Source of the DNA: Nitrospirota bacterium
GTDB taxonomy: Bacteria; Nitrospirota; Thermodesulfovibrionia; Thermodesulfovibrionales; Dissulfurispiraceae
Length of the DNA: 10,807 nucleotides
Direction of reading: 5' to 3'
NCBI GenBank assembly: GCA_040758355.1
Contig: JBFLWF010000055.1
Location: 1 to 10,807, forward strand
The translations under genes and the position numbers were made by a program. This document shows, in pieces, positions 1 through 8,575 of this stretch. Under the pieces are notes generated by a model, which made no database searches, was not told where the DNA came from, and was given only the letters and a program-made list of their open reading frames with translations. Within the stretch, counting starts at the first letter, position 1. Each line of letters starts with the position of its first letter.

Positions 1-122
1 CAAAATTCGTGTTATACAGAGAAGGGCTTACGGTCTCAGAGACGAGGAGTATCTGCGCCTGAAAATACTTACATGTATGCTCAAGGAGATATAAAATGAC
101 CCACTCGATTACACGAAGAGCC
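1..122 (+). mobile_element. Right end of an ISL3-family insertion sequence (truncated by window start)
   Basis: Transposase C-terminus followed by CCCACTCGATTACACGAAGAGCC ending at 122. The reverse complement begins GGCTCTT, the typical ISL3 terminal inverted repeat end. The left end is not in the window. Confidence 0.85.
2..94 (+). CDS. ISL3-family transposase, C-terminal 30 aa (partial)
   Basis: Frame 2 reads KIRVIQRRAYGLRDEEYLRLKILTCMLKEI*, matching the K-I-x-x-I-x-R-x-A-Y-G-x-R tail of DDE_Tnp_ISL3 transposases. Stop TAA at 92-94. Not in the ORF track. Confidence 0.85.
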   Translation, partial: KIRVIQRRAYGLRDEEYLRLKILTCMLKEI

Positions 123-125
123 AAA

Positions 126-3122
126 ATGTTTTATCGTTTGCTGATAATAATTGCCTTCCTTTTTCTGCCTGCTATCACACACGCATGGCAATCACCCGAA
201 TATAATTTGCCAGAATATAATTTAGAAGTCTCATTCGACATTCACAATTCCAGGATTATAGGGATTGCGAGGATTGATGTAAATGCAGGCAAAGAACTTG
301 TGCTGCACACAGGACATCTCAAAATAAACGACATAACGCTGAACCAGCAGAAGATCAATTTTGATGCCAGGGAAGGAATATTAAAGGTACTACCTCCACA
401 GAACGGCAGCCTCATTATCAGATACGAAGGTATTTTTAAAGACGATAAGGCTGCGCATGATACAAACTATGGAGCAGTTGGAAGCATTATCGATGAAAGG
501 GGTGTTTCGCTCACTGGAACATGGTATCCACAAACAGAAGGATTACATCAATACAGGCTTCGAGCAGTGCTCCCAGGCGGATATGAGGCTGTTTCTGAGG
601 GAGAGAGGATTGAAAAGAGTGCAAAAGATAGGAAAACAGAGTTCATCTTTGAATTTCCCCATCCTGTTGATGGAATAAACCTGATTGCAACGAACAGGTA
701 TGAAATAATTAAGGACAGTTTTAACAATATTGAGGTCTATGCCTATTTTTTTCGTGAGGACATAGAACTCGCTAAAAAATATATCGAATATACGAAGAAA
801 TATCTCAAGCTGTATGAAAATCTTGTGGGCAAATATCCTTACAAGAGGTTTTCAATAGTCGAAAATTTTCTTCCAACAGGATATTCAATGCCCACATATA
901 CTCTGCTCGGACAGGATGTTGTAAAGCTCCCGTTTATTGTGGAGACATCCCTCGGCCACGAAATACTCCATCAATGGTTTGGCAATCTTGTATATATAGA
1001 TTATGAAAAGGGCAACTGGGCAGAGGGACTGACCACATATCTTGCAGACCATCTCTATGAGGAACAGAAGGGAAAGGGTTGGGAATACAGGAAACAGACG
1101 CTCATCGATTACAGGAGTTATGTAAACGATAAAAATGAATTTCCAATTAAGGACTTTAAAGGCAGGACAGATTTTTCATCAAAGTCCATAGGCTATGGAA
1201 AGACAGCCATGGTATTCCATATGCTAAAAAATATTGTCGGTGATGAAGTATTCTATAAATCCCTGAGGGATTTTATAAGTGAAAACCGATTTAAAAGGGC
1301 ATCGTGGGATGATATTAAAAATGTTTTTGGAAAGACCTATAAAAAAGACCTGAACTGGTTTTTTAAACAATGGGTTGATACCCCCGGAATGGCCGATCTT
1401 TATATCGATGGATTTCGGATAAAGCAGAGCGGCAATAAATATGAAATCAGCTTTAATATCGGTCAGAGGGGGAGGGTTTATACAATTGATGCTCCCTTGA
1501 CCATTTATTACAGGGATGGATTTAAAAAGAAGGTTTGGGTCAGGGCAGATAAGGTAAAGACAGGTTTGACATTAACCCTCGACAGCGTGCCGGAAAGAAT
1601 GGTCATGGATGAAGATTACGATATGGCAAGAAAACTTTCGAATAACGAGCTTCCCCCTGTAATATCAAGGCTTCTTGGAGATGATAAAATCATAATGGTC
1701 ATCCCTGCCGGTAACAGGGAGATTTACAGGGCTGTTATCGATTCTTTCAAGGAAAGGGGTGCTGTTGAAAAAGAGATAAGGGACATTAAGGATTCCGATA
1801 TAAAATCATCGTCCCTCGTTATGCTCGGAAGTGATAATCCTGTAATCGAGAGGCTTTATGGGAGTATCGATAAGATTGATGCAGGGTTCAACCTTACTAT
1901 AAAAAACAATCCGTGGAATCAGCAAAAGGTTGCTGCTGTATTTTCCGCTAAATCTAAAGGTGAAGCGGATGCAGCATTTAGAAAGATATTCCATTATGGG
2001 AAGTACAGTGTTCTATCTTTTGATAATGGAAGAAATATCTACAAAAAGATTGATGAGTCGCAGAGGGGTATAGCAATGGAGAATAAAGAACAGGCCACGG
2101 CAATCGATGTCTCTACCATAAAGGCATTATCCGAGGTTATAGAGAGTGTATCGGGTAAAAAGATCGTCTATGTCGGCGAATACCATGACAGGTTTGCCCA
2201 TCATAATGTCCAGCTCGAAGTTATAAAAGGCCTGTATAAAAAGAATAAGAAGGTAGCCATAGGCATGGAGATGTTCCAGAGACCATTTCAGAAGTCGCTG
2301 GATGATTACACAGCAGGCAGGATAGATGAAAGGGAGTTTTTAAGAAAGTCTGAATATTTCAAGAGATGGGGATTCGATTACAATCTCTACAAGCCCATAC
2401 TCGATTTTGCAGCACAGGAAAAGATGCCAGTGGTTGCCCTGAACATCCAGCGCGAAATAGTTGATAAGGTATCCAGAGGTGGAATCGACTCCCTCTCAGA
2501 GGCGGAAAAGAGGGAAATACCAGCACAGATGGATTTTTCCGATAACGAATACAGGGACAGGCTCAGAGAGGTCTTTCTCAGGCATAGCAGTTCAGGCGAA
2601 AAAAACTTTGATTTCTTTTATCAGTCACAGATCCTATGGGACGAGACCATGTCAATGTCTGTGGATGAGTTTTTAAGGAAAAACCCCGACTACCAGATGG
2701 TTGTCCTTGCCGGAGGCGGCCACATCCAGTATGGCTCCGGCATTCCAAAAAGGACATTCAGGAGGAACGGCTATGATTATGCGATTATCCTTAATGATGT
2801 GGATATCGAGAGAGATATTGCCAATTATATAATATTCCCGAAGCCGATGGATGGCATGACGTCTCCCAAGCTCATGGTTTCATTGAGGGAAATGCACGGA
2901 GTGGTCAGCATAGAGGGATTCCCTGAAAACAGCGTCTCTGAAAAGGCTGGACTTAAAGATGGAGACATAATTATCTCACTCGACAATGTTGCCATAAAAA
3001 GTGTAGATGATGTAAGGATCCATCTCTTTTATAAAAAGAAGGGAGATGCGATAAAGGTAAAGGTGCTGAGAAAGAGATTCCTCTTTGGCGATAAAGAGCT
3101 GGAATTTGATGTAATCCTTTAG
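126..3122 (+). CDS. Exported multidomain protein: M1-family zinc metallopeptidase + ChaN (Tiki/EreA-like, heme-uptake) domain + C-terminal PDZ, 998 aa
   Basis: Signal peptide MFYRLLIIIAFLFLPAITHA. HEILH (nt 957-971) followed by NWAEG (third Zn ligand) and a downstream YGK. ChaN-type motifs IVYVGEYHD, GMEMF, LWDETM and AGGGH. PDZ-like ending SVSEKAGLKDGDIIISLDN...KVKVLR. The track's ATG at 96 lies inside the IS, so ATG 126 is taken as the native start. Confidence 0.8.
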   Translation: MFYRLLIIIAFLFLPAITHAWQSPEYNLPEYNLEVSFDIHNSRIIGIARIDVNAGKELVLHTGHLKINDITLNQQKINFDAREGILKVLPPQNGSLIIRYEGIFKDDKAAHDTNYGAVGSIIDERGVSLTGTWYPQTEGLHQYRLRAVLPGGYEAVSEGERIEKSAKDRKTEFIFEFPHPVDGINLIATNRYEIIKDSFNNIEVYAYFFREDIELAKKYIEYTKKYLKLYENLVGKYPYKRFSIVENFLPTGYSMPTYTLLGQDVVKLPFIVETSLGHEILHQWFGNLVYIDYEKGNWAEGLTTYLADHLYEEQKGKGWEYRKQTLIDYRSYVNDKNEFPIKDFKGRTDFSSKSIGYGKTAMVFHMLKNIVGDEVFYKSLRDFISENRFKRASWDDIKNVFGKTYKKDLNWFFKQWVDTPGMADLYIDGFRIKQSGNKYEISFNIGQRGRVYTIDAPLTIYYRDGFKKKVWVRADKVKTGLTLTLDSVPERMVMDEDYDMARKLSNNELPPVISRLLGDDKIIMVIPAGNREIYRAVIDSFKERGAVEKEIRDIKDSDIKSSSLVMLGSDNPVIERLYGSIDKIDAGFNLTIKNNPWNQQKVAAVFSAKSKGEADAAFRKIFHYGKYSVLSFDNGRNIYKKIDESQRGIAMENKEQATAIDVSTIKALSEVIESVSGKKIVYVGEYHDRFAHHNVQLEVIKGLYKKNKKVAIGMEMFQRPFQKSLDDYTAGRIDEREFLRKSEYFKRWGFDYNLYKPILDFAAQEKMPVVALNIQREIVDKVSRGGIDSLSEAEKREIPAQMDFSDNEYRDRLREVFLRHSSSGEKNFDFFYQSQILWDETMSMSVDEFLRKNPDYQMVVLAGGGHIQYGSGIPKRTFRRNGYDYAIILNDVDIERDIANYIIFPKPMDGMTSPKLMVSLREMHGVVSIEGFPENSVSEKAGLKDGDIIISLDNVAIKSVDDVRIHLFYKKKGDAIKVKVLRKRFLFGDKELEFDVIL

Positions 3123-3156
3123 CCTCCTGCTTCGAATTTTATCAGGTTTAATATTA

Positions 3157-3186
3157 TTGTCAAGCTGAAGCACGCTCTGATAAAAT
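3157..3186 (+). promoter_or_regulatory. Putative sigma70 promoter of hflX
   Basis: TTGTCA (3157-3162), 18-nt spacer, TAAAAT (3181-3186) preceded by an extended -10 TG (3178-3179). SD-like GGAGGT at 3193-3198. Confidence 0.55.
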
Positions 3187-3208
3187 AAGAATGGAGGTTT
3201 AAAAGAAC

Positions 3209-4858
3209 ATCGCATCCATTTACGGAAATACATCGGGCCTGAAAAAGGGCCTTCTTTATGCCCTCGAAAAGGTTTATCGCAGGAAAGTCCCTGCAGATAA
3301 ACTTATAACTCAAGAGCTTGCCAGATACCTCACAGAGCTTTCCTTTGAGATTGGCAAACAGATAGGTATTCTTGTTGACAGGAGCGGCTCCATAACCCAT
3401 GTGATTGTGGGTAATGCAAAGGGCGTTTTTATTCCCGATCTCGATGATTATCCTGTTGGTAGAAGGGCATTAAGGGGGCTGAGGTTTATTCACACACATC
3501 TTGCTGATGAGCCGCTTAATAAAGAAGACATTACAGACCTTTCCCTTTTAAGGTTCGATATAATAGCTGCCATAAGCATCAGGGAAGGCCTGCCGCATAA
3601 CATCTATGCAGCCTATTTAATGCCCTATGGATCAGATAAAAAATACGAAACCCTGACCTCTGACTTTTACAGATTCGAGCTGGACTACGACAGTTTTATC
3701 CATAATCTGGAAGATGAAATGGACAGACACAGGTTTATCGACCAGAAAGACAGGAGGGAAAGGGCCATCCTTGTAAGCGCTTCCACAAAACCTAAATACG
3801 AGCTGGAAGAATCCATGGACGAACTGAAAGAACTTGCAATGTCCAGCGATGTGATTGTATTAGATACGGTTATCCAGAGGCTCAAGGAAGTAAATCCCAA
3901 ATACCTTCTGGGAGAGGGGAAACTTAAAGAGATAGTGATAAATGCCATGGATAAAGGCGCAACATTATTGATATTTGATCAGGACCTCAATCCATCACAG
4001 ATTAGGGCAATTGCCGAGACAACAGAGCTGAAGGTCATTGACCGCTCTCAATTGATACTGGACATATTTGCCAGAAGGGCGCACAGCCGTGACGGTAAGG
4101 TGCAGGTGGAACTTGCTCAGTTGAAATACACGCTTCCGAGACTTACAGGCAAGGGGACTGCTATGTCGAGGCTGATGGGAGGCATTGGAGGAAGGGGCCC
4201 CGGTGAAATGAAGCTCGAGATAGACAGGAGGCGGATACGCGACAGGATAACACGCCTCGAAAAAGAGCTCGAAATCCTCAGCGAGGCACGGAAGCAGAGA
4301 AAACAGAGGAGGGTCGAAACAGGCATTCCCATTGTCTCCATAATCGGATATACAAATGCAGGCAAGTCAACGCTTTTGAATGCGCTCACCAGAAGCGCAA
4401 CATTTGTGGAGGACAAGATGTTTGCAACATTAGACACTGCGAGCAGGAGATTGAGATTTCCCAAAGAAAGGGAGATAGTAATAACAGACACAGTTGGATT
4501 TATAAGAGACCTCCCGAAGGATTTGATGACAGCATTTAAGGCAACTCTCGAGGAGCTCGAGGATGCTGATTTGTTGCTGCATCTTGTGGATGTATCAAAT
4601 CCGAGATTTGAGCAGCAGATAGCATCGGTGGAAAATATCCTTCAAGAGCTTAATATTAAGGACAAGCCGAGGCTCGTTGTTTTTAACAAGATTGATAAGG
4701 TATCGATGGAAGAGGTCGAGAATATAACTTCGAGATACAATGCGGTTGCAGTATCTGCCGTAAAATCCGATTCATTAAGCCCGCTGTTGAAGGCTGTCGA
4801 ATATAGAATATGGGAGTCGCAAAAAGCAGAAGATTTTTCAGGGCAAGTGAGGGTATAA
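3209..4858 (+). CDS. hflX: Ribosome-splitting GTPase HflX, long form with N-terminal extension (549 aa if ATC 3209 is the start)
   Basis: G motifs [12 protein letters not shown] and NKID, plus HflX signatures [23 protein letters not shown] and [15 protein letters not shown]. The frame is open upstream of the track's GTG 3401 as far as TAA 3200-3202 and encodes [13 protein letters not shown]...[25 protein letters not shown], which resembles the N-terminus of long HflX proteins. The gene call is secure; the start is inferred. Confidence 0.93.
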   Translation: MASIYGNTSGLKKGLLYALEKVYRRKVPADKLITQELARYLTELSFEIGKQIGILVDRSGSITHVIVGNAKGVFIPDLDDYPVGRRALRGLRFIHTHLADEPLNKEDITDLSLLRFDIIAAISIREGLPHNIYAAYLMPYGSDKKYETLTSDFYRFELDYDSFIHNLEDEMDRHRFIDQKDRRERAILVSASTKPKYELEESMDELKELAMSSDVIVLDTVIQRLKEVNPKYLLGEGKLKEIVINAMDKGATLLIFDQDLNPSQIRAIAETTELKVIDRSQLILDIFARRAHSRDGKVQVELAQLKYTLPRLTGKGTAMSRLMGGIGGRGPGEMKLEIDRRRIRDRITRLEKELEILSEARKQRKQRRVETGIPIVSIIGYTNAGKSTLLNALTRSATFVEDKMFATLDTASRRLRFPKEREIVITDTVGFIRDLPKDLMTAFKATLEELEDADLLLHLVDVSNPRFEQQIASVENILQELNIKDKPRLVVFNKIDKVSMEEVENITSRYNAVAVSAVKSDSLSPLLKAVEYRIWESQKAEDFSGQVRV

Positions 4859-4859
4859 T
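4854..4859 (+). promoter_or_regulatory. Perfect -10 hexamer 7 nt upstream of the radical SAM start codon (possible leaderless promoter)
   Basis: TATAAT overlapping the hflX stop codon, then AGCAGCC, then ATG 4867. No well-spaced SD and no clear -35. Confidence 0.35.
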
Positions 4860-4866
4860 AGCAGCC

Positions 4867-5940
4867 ATGGAATTTGCACCAAAATGGATAGCGTGGGAGA
4901 TAACGAGGAGATGCAATCTCAGGTGTGTGCACTGCCGTTCATCGTCAGAGATGGAGGCAAAAGGGCATCCAGATTTCTCCACAGAAGAGGCATTCAGGAT
5001 CATTGATGACATCTCGAGTTATGCAAAGCCTGTAATCGTCCTTTCAGGCGGGGAGCCGCTCATGAGGAAGGATGTCTTTGATATTGCAAAATACGGAACA
5101 GAAAAAGGGCTCAGGATGTGTCTTGCTACAAATGGAACACTGGTTACGGATGAAATATGCGAAAATATCAAGGCATCGGGCATAAGAATAGCCTCCCTCA
5201 GCCTTGACGGTTCAACAGCAGAAGTGCATGACGATTTCAGGGATGAAAAGGGCGCATTCAAAGGGACGATCAATGCTGCAAGGCTCTTAAAAAAACACGG
5301 CATCGAATTTATCATCAATTCATCATTCACAAAGAGGAATCAGGAAGATATACCAAAGGTCTATAAGCTGGCAAAGGAGCTCGGCGCCACTGCATGGTAT
5401 ATGTTCATGATAGTACCAACAGGCAGGGGCGAGGAGATAATGAATGAACTCATTTCAAAGGAAGATTATGAGAAGATACTGGAATGGCATTACCAGATGG
5501 AAAAGGATGAAAAAGATATCCTTGTAAGGCCAACATGTGCGCCGCATTACTACAGGATAGTGCTACAGAAATCCAAAGAAGAAGGCGCAAAGTTCGAAAG
5601 AAGAACCCTGAAGTTTTCCACCGGCGGATCAAAAGGGTGCATAGCGGGACAGCTTATCTGTCTTATCAATGTGGACGGCGATGTGCTTCCGTGCAGCTAT
5701 TTCCCCATGTCTGCGGGCAATGTCAGGAAACAAACATTTAAGGATATATGGGAAAATTCAGAACTGTTCAAGGATTTGCGTGATTTCAAAAAATACAAGG
5801 GAAGATGCGGCTCCTGCGAATTCGTGAATGTATGCGGCGGATGCAGGGCAAGGGCATATTCTGTATACGGAGATTATCTTGCGGAAGAGCCGTTCTGCGG
5901 ATATGTTCCTTTAAAAATGAAAAAATCGGAGGCTAAATGA
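4867..5940 (+). CDS. Radical SAM/SPASM protein, AhbD/NirJ-like (probable coproheme decarboxylase / heme b synthase), 357 aa
   Basis: [14 protein letters not shown] (CxxxCxxC), [14 protein letters not shown], and SPASM cysteines GCIAG...DVLPC...[17 protein letters not shown]...EPFC. ATGA overlap with hemE. ATG 4867 is preferred over 4810, which lies inside hflX. Confidence 0.75.
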   Translation: MEFAPKWIAWEITRRCNLRCVHCRSSSEMEAKGHPDFSTEEAFRIIDDISSYAKPVIVLSGGEPLMRKDVFDIAKYGTEKGLRMCLATNGTLVTDEICENIKASGIRIASLSLDGSTAEVHDDFRDEKGAFKGTINAARLLKKHGIEFIINSSFTKRNQEDIPKVYKLAKELGATAWYMFMIVPTGRGEEIMNELISKEDYEKILEWHYQMEKDEKDILVRPTCAPHYYRIVLQKSKEEGAKFERRTLKFSTGGSKGCIAGQLICLINVDGDVLPCSYFPMSAGNVRKQTFKDIWENSELFKDLRDFKKYKGRCGSCEFVNVCGGCRARAYSVYGDYLAEEPFCGYVPLKMKKSEAK

Positions 5941-6956
5941 ACGATACCTTTCTTAAGGCATGTCGTGGCGAAAAAACTGACTACACTCCTGTATGGCTCA
6001 TGAGGCAGGCAGGGAGATACCTTCCTGAATATCAGAAGGTGCGCTCAAAGGTTGATTTCCTTACCCTTTGCAAAACGCCCGAGCTTGCTGCAGAGGTGAC
6101 AATACAACCCGTCGATATTTTAAAGGTCGATGCTGCAATACTCTTTTCAGACATCCTTGTTCCTATAGAGCCTATGGGCATGAAGCTCGAATTTTCAGAA
6201 TCAAAGGGCCCGATTCTCTATGACCCGATAAGAAATGATATTGCTGTGTCAAAGCTCCGCAGGATAAAGGCAGAGGATGATGTGCCCTTTGTCATGGAGA
6301 CGATAAAGATGCTCGTTAAAAAGTTAAATGTACCGTTGATAGGATTTTCAGGCGCTCCATTTACTCTTGCGACTTATATGATAGAAGGCGGCAGCTCAAA
6401 GAATTATGTGAATACCAAAAGAATGATGTACCAGACTCCGGAGCTTTATGCAAATCTCATGGAAAAGATTACCGATACTGTTGTCAATTATCTTCAGGCG
6501 CAGATAAATGCAGGCGTCCATGCAATACAGGTGTTTGATTCATGGGCAGGCATTCTTTCTCCTGTTGATTTCGAGAAATATGCACTTCCTTATGTCCAAA
6601 AGATAGTCTCGACATTCAAAGGCAAGGTGCCTGTTATTTATTTTGCCTTTAACTCCAGTGCAATGCTCAGGCGTGTAAAACAGACAGGTGCTGATGTACT
6701 CGGCATTGACTGGAGGATCGATATGGCAGATGCCATCAGCATACTGGGCAATGATGTGGTAGTACAAGGGAACCTTGATCCGTGTGTGTTATTCGGCACA
6801 AGAGATCTAATAAGAGACGGAGTATCACATATCCTTCGGGGTGCAAAGGGGGCAAAAAGTCACATCTTCAATTTAGGCCACGGCATACTGCCCGAAACGC
6901 CGGTTGAGAATGCCATTGCAATGGTCGAGGCAGTGCATGAGTTGAGTGCAAAGTAG
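5937..6956 (+). CDS. hemE: Uroporphyrinogen decarboxylase
   Basis: [46 protein letters not shown] and IFNLGHGI motifs. SD GGAGG at 5928-5932. Confidence 0.97.
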   Translation: MNDTFLKACRGEKTDYTPVWLMRQAGRYLPEYQKVRSKVDFLTLCKTPELAAEVTIQPVDILKVDAAILFSDILVPIEPMGMKLEFSESKGPILYDPIRNDIAVSKLRRIKAEDDVPFVMETIKMLVKKLNVPLIGFSGAPFTLATYMIEGGSSKNYVNTKRMMYQTPELYANLMEKITDTVVNYLQAQINAGVHAIQVFDSWAGILSPVDFEKYALPYVQKIVSTFKGKVPVIYFAFNSSAMLRRVKQTGADVLGIDWRIDMADAISILGNDVVVQGNLDPCVLFGTRDLIRDGVSHILRGAKGAKSHIFNLGHGILPETPVENAIAMVEAVHELSAK

Positions 6957-6964
6957 GAGTGTAA

Positions 6965-7612
6965 ATGCTTAATCTCGGCGTGCTTGCATCAGGCAGAGGC
7001 TCGAATTTTCAGTCCATTATAGATGAGATAGAGGCAGGAAGGCTTAATGCCTCTATCAAGCTCCTCATCGTTGACAACCCGGATGCCTATGCCATTGAAC
7101 GTGCAAAGAAACATGCAATAGAATACCTTTATATTAATCCAAAGGATTTTGGATCAAAGGATGATTTTTTCTTAAAGATAGCTAATGAACTAAAAACAAG
7201 AAATGTTGAGCTTGTTATCCTCGCAGGATTCATGCGCATTGTAGGAAAACCATTGATAGATGCGTTTCCGAATAGAATTATGAACATTCATCCTGCTCTT
7301 TTACCTTCTTTTCCCGGACTACATGGTCAGAAGCAGGCAGTTGATTACGGCGCGAGGATCAGCGGCTGCACTGTGCATTTTGTTGATGAGGGAATGGACA
7401 CAGGGCCTGTAATTATTCAGGCAGCAGTGCCTGTTTCGCCTAATGATACAGAGGAGACACTTTCTGCAAGGATTCTGAGGCTTGAGCATAAGATTTTTCC
7501 GGAGGCAATAAGGCTTTATGCAGAGGGCAGGTTGAGTGTCGAGGGAAGGGTTGTGAAGATAAAGGGCTACGAGTTAAAGGACGAATTTATTGTTAATCCA
7601 ACATTAAGGTAA
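6965..7612 (+). CDS. purN: Phosphoribosylglycinamide formyltransferase
   Basis: LASGRGSNFQ, LAGFMRI, NIHPALLPSFPG, GCTVHFVDEGMDTGPVI and EH motifs. SD AGGAG just upstream. Confidence 0.97.
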   Translation: MLNLGVLASGRGSNFQSIIDEIEAGRLNASIKLLIVDNPDAYAIERAKKHAIEYLYINPKDFGSKDDFFLKIANELKTRNVELVILAGFMRIVGKPLIDAFPNRIMNIHPALLPSFPGLHGQKQAVDYGARISGCTVHFVDEGMDTGPVIIQAAVPVSPNDTEETLSARILRLEHKIFPEAIRLYAEGRLSVEGRVVKIKGYELKDEFIVNPTLR

Positions 7613-7620
7613 ATTGAGCA

Positions 7621-7793
7621 ATTACATGGATAGCAGGCATGCCTCAAAGTCTTTAATAATGCGATAGGATTATTAAACAGCCTGTTTTTTGTTTAATTGA
7701 TAGGTTATAATGAAATTGCCCTTAAACGGCGGGAGGGTTCGGCACAAGGTATCGCTATTAAAGGCTTTTCGGCACACCTGCTATCCATGTAAT
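7621..7793. repeat. Long imperfect inverted-repeat element E1 (173 bp; arms 7621-7666 and 7750-7793; 83-nt loop)
   Basis: ATTACATGGATAGCAGG (7621-7637) is the exact reverse complement of 7777-7793. Pairing continues through TGCC/GGCA, AAAGTCTTTAATA/TATTAAAGGCTTT and GCGATA/TATCGC, with a 2-nt AT bulge at 7659-7660. Confidence 0.9.
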
Positions 7794-7814
7794 ACGAAAG
7801 AATCATCAAATAAA

Positions 7815-7947
7815 AACCAGCAGGGCATTGTATTGTAGCGGTTTCAGCAGTTCGAAGTTTCGCCGTGATGGCGAAACCGAACTGGTGCCTCGGAGACGGA
7901 CACGGATGTCCGGCGAGAATGAGCGGAAATACTGTGCCCTGCTGGTT
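7815..7947 (+). repeat. Branched hairpin element E2 (133 bp; structured RNA or MITE-like)
   Basis: Closing stem AACCAGCAGGGCATTGTATT / AATACTGTGCCCTGCTGGTT. Inner hairpin CAGTTCG-aa-GTTTCGCC-gtgat-GGCGAAAC-CGAACTG (7848-7884). Second hairpin CGGACA-cgga-TGTCCG (7897-7912). Confidence 0.85.
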
Positions 7948-7975
7948 CAACAGTGTAATTAAGAAGGGAGTTTAA

Positions 7976-8575
7976 ATGGAACAATGGCCGACACTGGAAG
8001 ATCAGATAGAGCAGTCAGGTATATATTATCCGAGAAAGTATGATATTACATACAGAATAGGGTATGTCCTTCAGAGCATTGGCGCCCTTGGATTTGCCAT
8101 TCTTTATGCCTTGGGATCAAAACTGCAAATAATACCCTTTGTGATATTCGATGCAGGCATAGCTCTCTCATCGATATTTCTCCTTGTCTGGAAGGCAGAA
8201 ATTAAAAAGTTTATACTCAGGATGACCTTTGCAGGAATAGCACTTCAAATCAGTAGTATTTTTGTAAATCCCATCGATACTTTTTATGCTGGAAAGATGT
8301 TTTTCTTAGGATTGGGGCTTACCCTTGCCGGCGGTGCTGGATTGGTGGGTAAGGAGGCCTATTGCTTCAGGTTTAATGAGGGATGGCTTCTTTTGATGGT
8401 TTACCCATTGGCTGTAATTCCAAATTTGTTGGGCTTCGCAAGCCATAGGTATAATCTTATAGTTTCTGCCGTTATAGCTGTTTTACAAATCTCATTTTTA
8501 AGAAGAAAACTGTCCCAGCCCCTTTTGAAGAAATGCGAGGGCAATGTGTGCGGATTGCCAGAAACAAAGAAATGA
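7976..8575 (+). CDS. Integral membrane protein, DUF2301-like
   Basis: About 6 hydrophobic segments. GLVGKEAYCFRFNEG resembles the KExxCF motif I recall for DUF2301. SD AAGGGAG upstream. ATGA overlap with rsmD. Confidence 0.65.
   Translation: MEQWPTLEDQIEQSGIYYPRKYDITYRIGYVLQSIGALGFAILYALGSKLQIIPFVIFDAGIALSSIFLLVWKAEIKKFILRMTFAGIALQISSIFVNPIDTFYAGKMFFLGLGLTLAGGAGLVGKEAYCFRFNEGWLLLMVYPLAVIPNLLGFASHRYNLIVSAVIAVLQISFLRRKLSQPLLKKCEGNVCGLPETKK

Noticed and set aside
3119..3400. 93-aa minus-strand ORF
   Set aside because: It is the antisense shadow of the hflX N-terminal extension.
7738..7758. Sigma54 promoter at TCGGCACAAGGTATCGCT
   Set aside because: GG and GC are separated by 11 nt rather than the required 10.
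7621..7793. E1 as 6S RNA
   Set aside because: The size fits, but there is no central bubble followed by a long apical stem, no zapA/ygfA context, and a second homologue (E3) lies 1.4 kb away.
7815..7947. E2 (AAC...GTT ends) as an integron attC site
   Set aside because: The flanks do not fit RYYYAAC/GTTRRRY, there is no R-L spacer architecture, and the neighbours are housekeeping genes rather than cassettes.
7705..7950. 81-aa minus-strand ORF across E1/E2
   Set aside because: It runs through inverted repeats and has no recognisable motif or SD. Probably incidental.
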